From the IMG/VR virus record IMGVR_UViG_3300012942_000014, positions 1 to 45,108 of that record: a stretch of 45,108 bases of DNA; one strand, written 5' to 3'. The notes below the pieces were generated by a model. The model had not been told where the DNA came from. It searched no databases and was given only the letters and a program-made list of their open reading frames with translations. Of this stretch, positions 23,425-33,213 are shown piece by piece; position 1 is the stretch's first letter; each line of letters begins with the position of its first letter. Origin of the DNA: a virus (Duplodnaviria > Caudoviricetes). A program made the position numbers and the translations under genes.

Positions 23425-25230
23425 ATGAATGAAAATGACTTAGCTCCTAAGCTAACCGAAGTCGATAATGAGAACACCGAAGACAGGACTCATGATGAAG
23501 ATGTCGTTAGGCTAGTTGCTGCTGACTTTAAACAGTCGAGAGAGTATATTAAAAAACATTACACAGATGTCTGGGATAGATGCTGGAAGTGTTATAACTC
23601 AATGCGAACTGAGCATGGCTATGATGGTGTAGCCGACGACTTTGTCCCTGAGACCTTTACAATTGTGGAGTCTGTTAAGGCTAACATTGCTGGTGGTAAA
23701 CCAAAGTTCAACTACCTCCCTACTAAGGAAGAGCAGGAGTCCGATACTAAAGTTATCAACTCAATGATTGACTTCTTCTGGGACCAGAACAATATGACCG
23801 AGAAGGTCCAGCAATGGGTACAGGATATGCTCGTCCTGGGTAACGGTATCATGATGGTGTCTTGGGAGGGTGATATGCCTCATATCTCTAATATCCCATT
23901 ATCAGACTTCTTTGTTGACCCAACTGCTACTCATATGAACAAGCCCGGGACACCTGGTTATCCTAAGTATGCTGGCTATAGATTCCTCTCTACGATAGAC
24001 GAACTTAAGAACCGCAAGATTGTCAACCCAAGTACTGGTGAGATGACAGAGTTCTATAAGAACCTTGATGATATTGCTGAAACTAACCGTGAAGCTCCAG
24101 GCAAACCAGATGATGAGAAGACCGATAAAGAAACCAAGGAACTATTACTAGGAACTACTCTTGGAGATAAGGCAAGGGAGAAGCAAGTAGAGGTAATAGT
24201 TTACTATACTCGTAAGAAGAAGATTGTCGTTGTTAACAGACAAGTCCTCATCTACGAAGGTGATAACCCTTACAAGCGAGCTAAGAGCTCTAAGAAGGTA
24301 ACCCACCTTATTGACGGTGTACCAAGAGAAACCACTGTTGATATCCCTGAGATTAAAGGTTTCTTACCATTTGCAATTCTGAGGAATTATGTTGATACTA
24401 GCCTATTCTATGCTAAGGGAGACGTAGAGGTTATCCTTCCTAGACAGGAACGATTAAACGATATTTCATCTCAGAAGTCAGACGCTATTACCTATGCGCT
24501 ATCTCCTATGTGGCAGATTGACCCACAGTACAAGCACTTAGCAGAACAGATTGAATCATTCCCTGGAGCAGTATTACCACTTCCACAGGGTGCCATCTCA
24601 ACCTTTGAGAGACAGGATATCTCAACATCAGCAGACAACGAGATGTACCGTATTAAGGAAGAGATGCGCAGAGCTACTGCAGCTGATGAGGTTGTACAGG
24701 GTGTATCTCAGGATAAGGGGCGTATTACGGCTACTGAGATTCAGGCACAGATGAACCAGGCTTCTCAGCGGTTCTCCACAAAGCTTACTAACCTTGAAGA
24801 TGAAGGATATGCACAGCTTGGTAGAATCCTCTTCAAGATGGTACAAATCTTTGTTGACCAGAAGATGGCAGTTCGTATCGTGGGGCCTGATGGTGTCCAA
24901 TGGAAAGATTACGACCCTAGTGAATATTATGGTGATTATGAGCCTAAGGTTCAATTAGAGAGCACCACAAAGTCTGTTAAGGCCGAAGAAGGGCAGAAAT
25001 ATGCCCTTATCCATCAGATGTTTGCTCAGTCTCCGTATATTAACCAACAGGAGTTTGCAAGACTTTATCTAGAGACGATGCTTGATGTGTCAGAAGATAA
25101 GATTAAGGCACTTCTTACAACTCCTAAACAGAACCCTAATCCACCTATGGCTCCGCCTGCACCACAGCCAGCAGTACAGAATCCAAATGGTGTAGCTGCA
25201 GGACCATTACCAACGCCACAGGGTATGTAA
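23425..25230 (+). CDS. Portal protein
   Basis: 601 aa after TerL; DFFVDP, TATEI, P22/podovirus-type portal features. Confidence 0.9.
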   Translation: MNENDLAPKLTEVDNENTEDRTHDEDVVRLVAADFKQSREYIKKHYTDVWDRCWKCYNSMRTEHGYDGVADDFVPETFTIVESVKANIAGGKPKFNYLPTKEEQESDTKVINSMIDFFWDQNNMTEKVQQWVQDMLVLGNGIMMVSWEGDMPHISNIPLSDFFVDPTATHMNKPGTPGYPKYAGYRFLSTIDELKNRKIVNPSTGEMTEFYKNLDDIAETNREAPGKPDDEKTDKETKELLLGTTLGDKAREKQVEVIVYYTRKKKIVVVNRQVLIYEGDNPYKRAKSSKKVTHLIDGVPRETTVDIPEIKGFLPFAILRNYVDTSLFYAKGDVEVILPRQERLNDISSQKSDAITYALSPMWQIDPQYKHLAEQIESFPGAVLPLPQGAISTFERQDISTSADNEMYRIKEEMRRATAADEVVQGVSQDKGRITATEIQAQMNQASQRFSTKLTNLEDEGYAQLGRILFKMVQIFVDQKMAVRIVGPDGVQWKDYDPSEYYGDYEPKVQLESTTKSVKAEEGQKYALIHQMFAQSPYINQQEFARLYLETMLDVSEDKIKALLTTPKQNPNPPMAPPAPQPAVQNPNGVAAGPLPTPQGM

Positions 25231-25268
25231 CCCAACTTTTAACCTAAAGTCGCTCACAGAGCCTCTAA

Positions 25269-25610
25269 ATGGCCTTAGAACGCAAAATAGAAGGAGCTAT
25301 CATGCCTAAAAAGCAAGTAGAAGAACAGAATGACCTACAAGAGCGTATTGTCGCTCAGTGGAAGGCATTTGCTAGAACAGATGCCTATAAGGACTGGATA
25401 AAGTCCATGGATGAGTATATGTCACTTATCCAGGATAATGTCGATAATATGACAGAAAGCCGTCCAACTGGATTTAAGGAGGTCTTCGGGAGGTTAACAC
25501 CTCAGATGGCTAAGGCTCCTATAGACCCAGTACAGGCAGCATTAATGAATCAGCGTAAGGTCGGTGTGCGATTTTGTACAGAATATGCCAAATTACGTGT
25601 TGACAGCTAG
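25269..25610 (+). CDS. Hypothetical protein between portal and scaffold
   Basis: AAGGAG RBS before MPKK (25302). Confidence 0.6.
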   Translation: MALERKIEGAIMPKKQVEEQNDLQERIVAQWKAFARTDAYKDWIKSMDEYMSLIQDNVDNMTESRPTGFKEVFGRLTPQMAKAPIDPVQAALMNQRKVGVRFCTEYAKLRVDS

Positions 25611-25676
25611 TTTAATATATGGTATAAACAGAGGTGAGCATAACGCTCATAAGCATTTTAACAATTAGGAGTATCC

Positions 25677-26459
25677 ATGGCGGAACAAACAGCCCCTACT
25701 GAGGATACTGTCGTCGATAATACTGGCGTAGAAGATTCTACCCTACCAGTAGATGATAGTAGCGAAAACTCAGCGGTTGAAGAACATGAAGATACTGAGC
25801 AACCAGACCAAGACTCAGATTCTCAAGATTCAACTGAAGAAGAGAAAGATAATGGTCTAGCCAAATTCGCTAAGAGTCAAGGGTTCGACCCGGACAACCT
25901 TACAGATGGTGAGAAGAAAGCCCTTAAGATTGCACAAGACAATCAGAGAGCCCTTCGCCAGCGTATGGAAGCCTCTAAGCCAAGTGAAATCGAGAAAAGC
26001 ATCAAGGGTGTTGATTCATCCAGCGATATGTCAGACCGAGAGTACACTGACTTCAGACTCAATCAGCAGAACATGGTTCTTAACGTAAGGCAGTACTGGG
26101 CAGAGAATCCAGATGACAGGCAGTACGAGAAGGAGGCAGTAGCTATCCTTCAAAAAGAGAAAGAACTATATGGCGACGCAGCACAGATGAGACTAGCACA
26201 GGATATGCCTAGACTAGTACGAGAAGCAAAGTTTGCTGCTGGGGCTTTCGATGAGAAAGCTATCGTTGCAAAAGCTCAAAAAGAAGAAAGAGAGCGCCTA
26301 AAGAAGGAACAAGAAGGTGGTGCAGACAGCCTAAACGCTACTCAACCATCGTCTACAAGTTCAAAGAATATGCAGGAATGGATTAGAGACGAATATGACC
26401 CCTCTAACCCTGAACACCGAGCAAAGGTGGATGCATACCTGAACAATGCTTATAAGTAA
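25677..26459 (+). CDS. Capsid scaffolding protein
   Basis: Acidic N-terminus, helical, directly before MCP; promoter TTGACA-17-TATAAA at 25600-25628. Confidence 0.7.
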   Translation: MAEQTAPTEDTVVDNTGVEDSTLPVDDSSENSAVEEHEDTEQPDQDSDSQDSTEEEKDNGLAKFAKSQGFDPDNLTDGEKKALKIAQDNQRALRQRMEASKPSEIEKSIKGVDSSSDMSDREYTDFRLNQQNMVLNVRQYWAENPDDRQYEKEAVAILQKEKELYGDAAQMRLAQDMPRLVREAKFAAGAFDEKAIVAKAQKEERERLKKEQEGGADSLNATQPSSTSSKNMQEWIRDEYDPSNPEHRAKVDAYLNNAYK

Positions 26460-26489
26460 CATTGATTAACTTATAAGGAAACTAATTAA

Positions 26490-27344
26490 ATGGCAACATT
26501 TTCAATGAACACACCTGCCAATACTGCTGAAGTAATTCCAGAGGTGTGGGCTAAGGAAATCCTTGAGAACCGTCGTAACCGTCTCGTTATGGAGCAACTG
26601 GTTAACCACGACTACCAAGGACAAATCAAAAACTTCGGTGACACAGTTCACATTATCTCACTACCAGACCTAACTGCACAGACAATTACTCCTGGTACAG
26701 AAATGACTGTTACTCCAGTTGACCCAACTGAGCAGCTACTTGTTATCGACCAATATGAGGGTACACCTGTAGAAATCCAGGACATGCTTGTTAAGCAGTC
26801 TACCTACGACCTACGACGACCATTCACTGAGAAGATTGGGTTCTCTCTAGCTGATGCTATTGACAACTATCTTCTAGGTATTACGGTAGCTGGTGCAGCT
26901 TCAGGAAACAAACTAACAGCAGTGGCAAACCTAAACAAAGCAACTCTTATCGCAGCACATGCTAAACTAGATGCAGCAAACGTTCCAGCAGATGGACGAG
27001 CTCTAGTTGTCAACGGATTTGGTGTAGCAGACCTACGTTCAGATTCAGACATGACATGGGCAGAGCGACAGGGAAGTGGCGACCTAGCTGGTAAGGGTTA
27101 CGCAGGAACTATCTACAATACTCCTGTATACGTAACAAATCAGGTTGCTAAAATTGATTCAAACGCTAACTGGGGATTTGTACTCTTCCATAAGTCAGCT
27201 GTGACTTGTGCTGTACAGATTGAGCCAGAAGTTGAGTCTCAACGCCGAGTTCTTAGCAAGTCAACTATCATCGCAGGGTCAACACTATTCGGTGGAAAGG
27301 TTGTACGACCAGACCACATTGTAGTTATCCCTCGAACTGTGTAG
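26490..27344 (+). CDS. Major capsid protein (HK97 fold)
   Basis: IPEVWAKEIL, GDTVHI, LDAANVP..GR, FHKSA, FGGKVVRP. Confidence 0.9.
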   Translation: MATFSMNTPANTAEVIPEVWAKEILENRRNRLVMEQLVNHDYQGQIKNFGDTVHIISLPDLTAQTITPGTEMTVTPVDPTEQLLVIDQYEGTPVEIQDMLVKQSTYDLRRPFTEKIGFSLADAIDNYLLGITVAGAASGNKLTAVANLNKATLIAAHAKLDAANVPADGRALVVNGFGVADLRSDSDMTWAERQGSGDLAGKGYAGTIYNTPVYVTNQVAKIDSNANWGFVLFHKSAVTCAVQIEPEVESQRRVLSKSTIIAGSTLFGGKVVRPDHIVVIPRTV

Positions 27345-27363
27345 TTTGACCGATAAGGAGATT

Positions 27364-27392
27364 AAAGGTTTCGCACTTGCGGAGCCTTTTTT
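27364..27392 (+). terminator. Rho-independent terminator after MCP
   Basis: AAAGGTTTCGC-ACTT-GCGGAGCCTTT + T-run. Confidence 0.8.
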
Positions 27393-27434
27393 CTTGTGGT
27401 ATAATAACCAGGAAATCTAATAAGGAGAATAATT

Positions 27435-27959
27435 ATAGCTGCTACTTTCGTCTTCCAGGAGGATAATGGAGCTGCAACAGGAACCCCAGCTAAAGGCACA
27501 ACTCGTGCTAACGCTACACAGGTTAACTGGAAGTCAGTAGATGATATCTCTACACTTCCAACAGCTGCCCCTATCGTCTATGGAACCAACTCATTCACTA
27601 AATACCAGTTCGGTAAGTTTACTGGAACCTTTAATCAGATTAGTTCTGTTAAGTGGTCACATACAGCAGGAACTCTAGGAACTGGATTAACACTTAAGGG
27701 GGTTGTTACTAGTACGTATGCCACTCCTTCACAGACTACCAATGCTGCTCTAACTACAGATATGACCGCTATTACTCCTATTGCTTCTGGTGCTTCTGTA
27801 AATCTATCTACTACAGGACCAGAGGGAGCTAGCCCTACTGCGACACTATCAGCAGCTGGTTATACTCAGTATCTAGCCACTCAGTTACAGACAACAACAT
27901 CAACAGCTCCTGGTAACACGGCAACAGTAACACTCACTCTCCAGTATCAGGAGAACTAA
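27435..27959 (+). CDS. 174-aa virion structural protein with ATA start codon
   Basis: AAGGAG-7nt-ATA GCT GCT ACT TTC; open and in frame with the track ORF 27762-27959; no ATG/GTG/TTG in the first 109 codons. Confidence 0.75.
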   Translation: MAATFVFQEDNGAATGTPAKGTTRANATQVNWKSVDDISTLPTAAPIVYGTNSFTKYQFGKFTGTFNQISSVKWSHTAGTLGTGLTLKGVVTSTYATPSQTTNAALTTDMTAITPIASGASVNLSTTGPEGASPTATLSAAGYTQYLATQLQTTTSTAPGNTATVTLTLQYQEN

Positions 27960-27978
27960 GATAGGAGGAACCAATACA

Positions 27979-28371
27979 ATGGTTTTATGGGAAGCGTTCT
28001 TCAATGACGGACATAGTATACAGCAGCCTGCCGATGATAGGTATTCTAAGCATGACGACTCGTCAGGATATAATCCTAGTGCCTTCAGAGATATACAGGA
28101 CTATGAAAAGAAAGCAGCCCTAACCATATTTATCCTAGGAGACGTACAGGTTAGTTTATCAGAAGGATTCTTTATCATTAACGGAGTACCTGTATTCCTA
28201 GAAGATGAACCATTGACAGATAGGAAGCTAATATACTATCGTGTAATGGAGACTTCCTGGACAGATGGATTACAAACAGAACCTAAGATACTGAAGTATG
28301 CCGTAGGTTATGAAGGTAAAAACTCTAAAGGTAAAGTAGAAAAGAAAGTAATTTATATAGATGGCGAATAA
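27979..28371 (+). CDS. Hypothetical protein
   Basis: AGGAGG RBS, 130 aa. Confidence 0.7.
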   Translation: MVLWEAFFNDGHSIQQPADDRYSKHDDSSGYNPSAFRDIQDYEKKAALTIFILGDVQVSLSEGFFIINGVPVFLEDEPLTDRKLIYYRVMETSWTDGLQTEPKILKYAVGYEGKNSKGKVEKKVIYIDGE

Positions 28372-29710
28372 TATTAAAGACTTTGCAGCTGGTATAGTCT
28401 TAACAGCACCTAGTCCAAATACATCTGGGACTTCACTCACTCTCCAGTCGGGTCAGGGTGACTATATGCCTGACGTTCCTTTCTATGCGACCGCCTGCCC
28501 TCCAGGACAACTTACCAACCTTGGCAATTCAGAGAAGATATTAGTAACTGCTTTATCCGGTGATACAATCACCTTCGAGAGGGCACAGGGTGATACTACA
28601 GCTAAGTCTATAGACGCCGGCTGGGTCATCGCTAATGCTATGTATGCTGATGATGTGATGAAGAGCAATCTTGTTACAGATGAGCTCCTAGATGGTAATG
28701 TGGATGGATTTAACGTAGGCTTCACGACCGCAATTCCATTTACAGCCATTCAGGTATACAAGAACGGTGTAGCAATGCATCTAGGAGATGACTTTACTAT
28801 CTCTGGCGATAAAAGTATATTATTCGTAACAGCACCAAAGTCGGGTTCTAAGATAACCGCTACCTATATAGCTGGTTCTTCAGTGATGATAAACGGAAGC
28901 TCTAGTCAGGTCTTTGATGAAACACCATCTGGGACAGTAGATGGGACTAATAAAGTCTTTACTACTGCTAAACCATACGTACCAGGTAGTCTTCAGGTCT
29001 TTATAAATGGAGTTAAACAGAAGAGAGTAACTCACTTTACAGAGACATCTCCAACAGACGGTACTTTCACAATGTCTGATGCACCATTATCAAGCACTAC
29101 ACCAGACGATGTTATGGTTAATTATCAGTTCATAGTAAGTGTTGGGGGAAATGCTGATACGGTAGATGGATATCACGCTAATGACACACCAACTGCAAAC
29201 AATGTACCAGTGTTAAACTCTAACGCCCAGACTGGAGAATGGTGGGAAGAAATAGGCCGGACTACGCTTACTTCTAATAACGCTACCCTATCGGTATCAT
29301 TCCCTGCATATAAGTACCTTCAGGTTCATGTTCTGATATCAGGAACACAAACCTCAACCAGCTCAATACTTCTACAGTTCAACAATGATACGGCGAATAA
29401 CTATGGATATACCGCCACATCTGCTGGTACATATGGAACTGCAGCGCCCACTGGTTATATAGGACTAACGAGTAGTTCCTCTGGATGGCTGTCCGTATAC
29501 CAAATGGTTCTTGACATAGAAGTAGTGTCAGGCAGGGCGACAAACCTAACCGGAACAGTAACTGGTTCAGCACTGACTCCTGGTATTCCATACCAGCGTA
29601 CAATCACCGGTATGTGGACCGGCACATCTATCACGTCTATAAAGGTATTCGATAATGGAGGGGCGATATTAAATAGTGGCTCGGAGATAATAGTAAAGGG
29701 ACATAACTAA
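28361..29710 (+). CDS. Tail fibre / receptor-binding protein
   Basis: TFERAQGDTTA N-domain, two G.VDG.N..FT repeats, NADTVDGYHA. Confidence 0.75.
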   Translation: MANNIKDFAAGIVLTAPSPNTSGTSLTLQSGQGDYMPDVPFYATACPPGQLTNLGNSEKILVTALSGDTITFERAQGDTTAKSIDAGWVIANAMYADDVMKSNLVTDELLDGNVDGFNVGFTTAIPFTAIQVYKNGVAMHLGDDFTISGDKSILFVTAPKSGSKITATYIAGSSVMINGSSSQVFDETPSGTVDGTNKVFTTAKPYVPGSLQVFINGVKQKRVTHFTETSPTDGTFTMSDAPLSSTTPDDVMVNYQFIVSVGGNADTVDGYHANDTPTANNVPVLNSNAQTGEWWEEIGRTTLTSNNATLSVSFPAYKYLQVHVLISGTQTSTSSILLQFNNDTANNYGYTATSAGTYGTAAPTGYIGLTSSSSGWLSVYQMVLDIEVVSGRATNLTGTVTGSALTPGIPYQRTITGMWTGTSITSIKVFDNGGAILNSGSEIIVKGHN

Positions 29711-30060
29711 TGAGTAATCAGAAGATAAATCAAGCACAAATACAGAACCAACAGGGATGGCAATCTCCAACATTAGCAAATGGATGGATATATTATGGTG
29801 CACCATTTCACACACCAGGATACATGAAAGATACACTAGGATTCGTACACCTAGCGGGGCTCGTAAAGAATGGTGTCGTTGGTTACAATGTCTTTACTCT
29901 TCCTACAGGATATAGACCAGGTAGTACAATTGGGTTCGCTACCTACTGTAGCACTGGAATCGCATCGGTGTATATAGACAGCGGAGGAAATGTGACGTTC
30001 CCATCGGGGGCTAATGGCTTCGTATTCCTGGACGGTATAACATTCATGGCGGGGCAATAA
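29710..30060 (+). CDS. Small tail-fibre tip-like protein
   Basis: WQSPTLANGW...VHLAGLVK...FTLPTGYRP. Confidence 0.7.
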   Translation: MSNQKINQAQIQNQQGWQSPTLANGWIYYGAPFHTPGYMKDTLGFVHLAGLVKNGVVGYNVFTLPTGYRPGSTIGFATYCSTGIASVYIDSGGNVTFPSGANGFVFLDGITFMAGQ

Positions 30061-30062
30061 TA

Positions 30063-30434
30063 ATGGCAGAGACTAAGATAACATTCGATGAAATAGCAGA
30101 TGATTATTCTGCTAATGAAGTCAATACATGGAGAAGATGGATTGATGGTACCTACATTTATAAGAAGACAGTTGATGTCGGTACGCTACCGAACAATACG
30201 ATAAAACAGATTCCTCATGGGATTACTAGTCTAGGGCGTATCATAAGTGCCAGCGGTGCGGCTCAGCCAGCAGATAAGAGCCAAATTATTCCACTACCTT
30301 ATACTAATGGTGGAAATATAAATTACGGTGTATCGTTAGCGCTCGACGCATCGAACATTACCCTTGAAGCCAAATATGACCGAAGTGGCATGACAGGGTT
30401 TGTAACTGTCTACTACACGAAACTGGGGGGGTGA
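30063..30434 (+). CDS. Small tail-fibre tip-like protein
   Basis: WIDGTYIYKKT..G.LPN...VYYTK. Confidence 0.7.
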   Translation: MAETKITFDEIADDYSANEVNTWRRWIDGTYIYKKTVDVGTLPNNTIKQIPHGITSLGRIISASGAAQPADKSQIIPLPYTNGGNINYGVSLALDASNITLEAKYDRSGMTGFVTVYYTKLGG

Positions 30435-30721
30435 TGTATTATACTAATATAAATGGCCTTAAAAGATGCTGGGGAACTACCGCCCAATATGGTGTGGCGG
30501 GCAATAGCTCAACCAGCTTTGCCATTATCCTTCCTATAGGCTTCTTCTCTAGTATAACAGGTGTTATGCTTAGTTTATCTGAGCTTACTGTAGATGCTAG
30601 ACAGGTTGGATACTTATCCTCAGCACCAACTACTACTGTAATTTATCCTGCAATTCAGGGATTAACGGGTACCACTACTACTATTGGTGGTAAGGTGAGA
30701 TGGGAAGTAACGGGAACATAA
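30431..30721 (+). CDS. Small tail-fibre tip-like protein
   Basis: NGLKRCWG...VRWEVTG. Confidence 0.55.
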   Translation: MMYYTNINGLKRCWGTTAQYGVAGNSSTSFAIILPIGFFSSITGVMLSLSELTVDARQVGYLSSAPTTTVIYPAIQGLTGTTTTIGGKVRWEVTGT

Positions 30722-30751
30722 TCGTGAATACAATCACACTGAGACAATACA

Positions 30752-32572
30752 ATGTTTGGCGATGGCTCTGATGGCCCACTTAATGTAACCTCTGGCACTA
30801 GTAATCTTAATCTAGACCAGAAGTATCAGTTCACCACAGTTAATGTAGCTAGTGGTGCTACTTTGAGTACTTCGTCAACCACAGGCTCAGTGTTATACAT
30901 TACCGCTACAGATTCTATTACTATAGATGGTACTATAGACGTTTCTGGTAAGGTTACGCCTGGACAGAATATATGGTCTATTACTATAGATGGAATTACC
31001 TACCATTCACCTAGTACAGCTAATGGCGGCGCAGGAGGCCGAGCTAGAATTATATCGGGGGCTTCGAATACGAACGTTGGTGGCTCACAAGGAAGTGGTT
31101 TCGGAGGTGGTGGAGCTGGAGGAGGATTTGGGACAACTGGGGCTCCTCCTGTCTATGTGCAGGGTGGTGCAGGTGGTACTGGAGGATGGCCAGCTGGCGC
31201 AGGTGGTGCCGGGGGTGCTAGTGGCCCAACTATATCACCAGGATACCCTGGCGGAAATTCAGCAGGTGGTGGAACGCCAGCAGGCTCTGGTGCAACTGGT
31301 GCAACTGGTGCAACTGCGTATGGCAACGATGGCACTATAGATGTATATGGAGAGTATTCTGGTGGTGCTGGTGGTATAGCTGGTGTACCAGGGGTGAACG
31401 TCGTTCTAAAGGCACCGTCAGTTACCATCAACGGCGCAGTAGTTGCAGCTGGGACCGATGCTGGGAATGGTGGTAATAGCGGCACTACTACTGGTAGCAC
31501 CCTGTCGGGCGGAGGTGGCGGAGGTGGCGGAGGTGGTAATGCCGGAGACATAGCGGTAACGTATACTACTGATTATACTGGTGGTACATACTCTGTCTCT
31601 GGTGGTGATGGTGGTTCAGGCGGAATAGGTTATGTAAATGGAACCAACGGTAGTTCAGGCACAGACGGTGTCGTATCTGTATACCACAATATAACCTCTG
31701 CTCAGACACAATCTGGTTCTGCTAACATCTCACTTTATCCCCCAGCTGGAGGCTCAGGCGGTATGTCTGGTGGTTGGGGTACATTTGGATACGGTATAAT
31801 CTTCGGTGGTGAAGTAGAGACTTCTGGTAATGTTACTAATTACCCAGAGCAATATGGTAGTGCCGATATTAAGGCGACAATTCAACAGGCGCAGCTCGGT
31901 AGTGCTACTATTTCTATTACTCAGGCCTATAATCAGACTGGTAAGGCAGACATCCAGAAGGTAGCTAATAAGACTACTAAAGGTTATGCTACAATTCTTT
32001 CTGCTAGCGACTATACGCAGGACGGCTACGCAGACATCTTGTCATATCCTACTTGGGACCAAACAGGTTCTGCCCTTATTAGGACTATTCCTACCTACGA
32101 CCAGCTAGGTTATTCAACAGTTATACGAGCAGTATCCAATGACCAGAGTGGATATGCTGATATCTTGGGAGTGGCCCTGAGGGGACAGTCTGGTTACTCT
32201 AATATAATGATAACTCCAGAGTTTACACAACCTGGATATGCCAATATTATTAGAGAGTACAACTTTGCACAGGTTGGTTACACTAATGTTATAGTAACTC
32301 AGAATAGTGACCAATTAGGATATGCTCAGATTAACCTAGGATATCAATATGACCAGAGTGGCTCTGCCTATATCTATACGGATGCTACGCTACCTGAAGA
32401 TACTGTTAATACTGATGGCTCCTACATCAAACATCTACCAGATGAACCTACAGCATTAGATGGTAGTGAAGTAGGTGCCGGGGGAGCGTATATTAAGAAG
32501 TATGTAGATAACTCTGGTATTCTTACTGGAGAAGTGATAGAATTAAATGGAACATATATTAAGGAAAGATAA
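30752..32572 (+). CDS. Glycine-rich virion/tail protein with C-terminal 14-aa repeats
   Basis: FGDGSDG N-terminus, Gly-rich core, 13 x QxG(Y/S)AxI repeats. Confidence 0.7.
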   Translation: MFGDGSDGPLNVTSGTSNLNLDQKYQFTTVNVASGATLSTSSTTGSVLYITATDSITIDGTIDVSGKVTPGQNIWSITIDGITYHSPSTANGGAGGRARIISGASNTNVGGSQGSGFGGGGAGGGFGTTGAPPVYVQGGAGGTGGWPAGAGGAGGASGPTISPGYPGGNSAGGGTPAGSGATGATGATAYGNDGTIDVYGEYSGGAGGIAGVPGVNVVLKAPSVTINGAVVAAGTDAGNGGNSGTTTGSTLSGGGGGGGGGGNAGDIAVTYTTDYTGGTYSVSGGDGGSGGIGYVNGTNGSSGTDGVVSVYHNITSAQTQSGSANISLYPPAGGSGGMSGGWGTFGYGIIFGGEVETSGNVTNYPEQYGSADIKATIQQAQLGSATISITQAYNQTGKADIQKVANKTTKGYATILSASDYTQDGYADILSYPTWDQTGSALIRTIPTYDQLGYSTVIRAVSNDQSGYADILGVALRGQSGYSNIMITPEFTQPGYANIIREYNFAQVGYTNVIVTQNSDQLGYAQINLGYQYDQSGSAYIYTDATLPEDTVNTDGSYIKHLPDEPTALDGSEVGAGGAYIKKYVDNSGILTGEVIELNGTYIKER

Positions 32573-33213
32573 TGACACTAGCAAGCCTAAGAAATAGAGT
32601 TATCGTAGATAAACTAGATGACGAAGAGTACGATACAGAAGTTGTCGATAACTTTATCAATGATACTATAAATGACATATTTTCAGAGTATGAGCTTCCC
32701 TTCATGGAGAAGATTTATTCTGGTGTAGTACCAACTGGAGTGACTATGTTTAGTATGCCTACTGACGTTAGTGTTATTCAGTCACAGATTATTACTGGGC
32801 CAGATGGTTCACAGACAAACATAGAGAAGTACTTTATCCCATTTAGGGAGTTCAATAAGAGATATCAGACTCCAGGAGATAATGCTGCAGGGCCTATTAC
32901 CTGGTGGACTTCATACAATGGGAAGATGATTCTAGCTAGACCTACCGACCAGGACTATACCATGGATATCTTCTATATTAAGTCACCTACTCCACTACTA
33001 GGAGAGAATGATGTGCCAGATATTCCTGACCAATTTGAGGAGTTAATTGTCCTCGGTGCATACAAGAGGGTGCTTTCTAGAGAGGGCGATAATGATATCG
33101 CTGCTATTGTAGAGAACGAATATAATAGACGAGCCCTACAGATGGTCAATAGATACGGCTACAGATTCTCTAACGGTCCTATTAGAATGAAGAATAGACA
33201 AGTAGGTAGATAG
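32572..33213 (+). CDS. Head-tail adaptor (tail tubular A-like)
   Basis: MTLASLRNRV...FINDT, P.IPDQFEELIVLGA. Confidence 0.7.
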   Translation: MTLASLRNRVIVDKLDDEEYDTEVVDNFINDTINDIFSEYELPFMEKIYSGVVPTGVTMFSMPTDVSVIQSQIITGPDGSQTNIEKYFIPFREFNKRYQTPGDNAAGPITWWTSYNGKMILARPTDQDYTMDIFYIKSPTPLLGENDVPDIPDQFEELIVLGAYKRVLSREGDNDIAAIVENEYNRRALQMVNRYGYRFSNGPIRMKNRQVGR

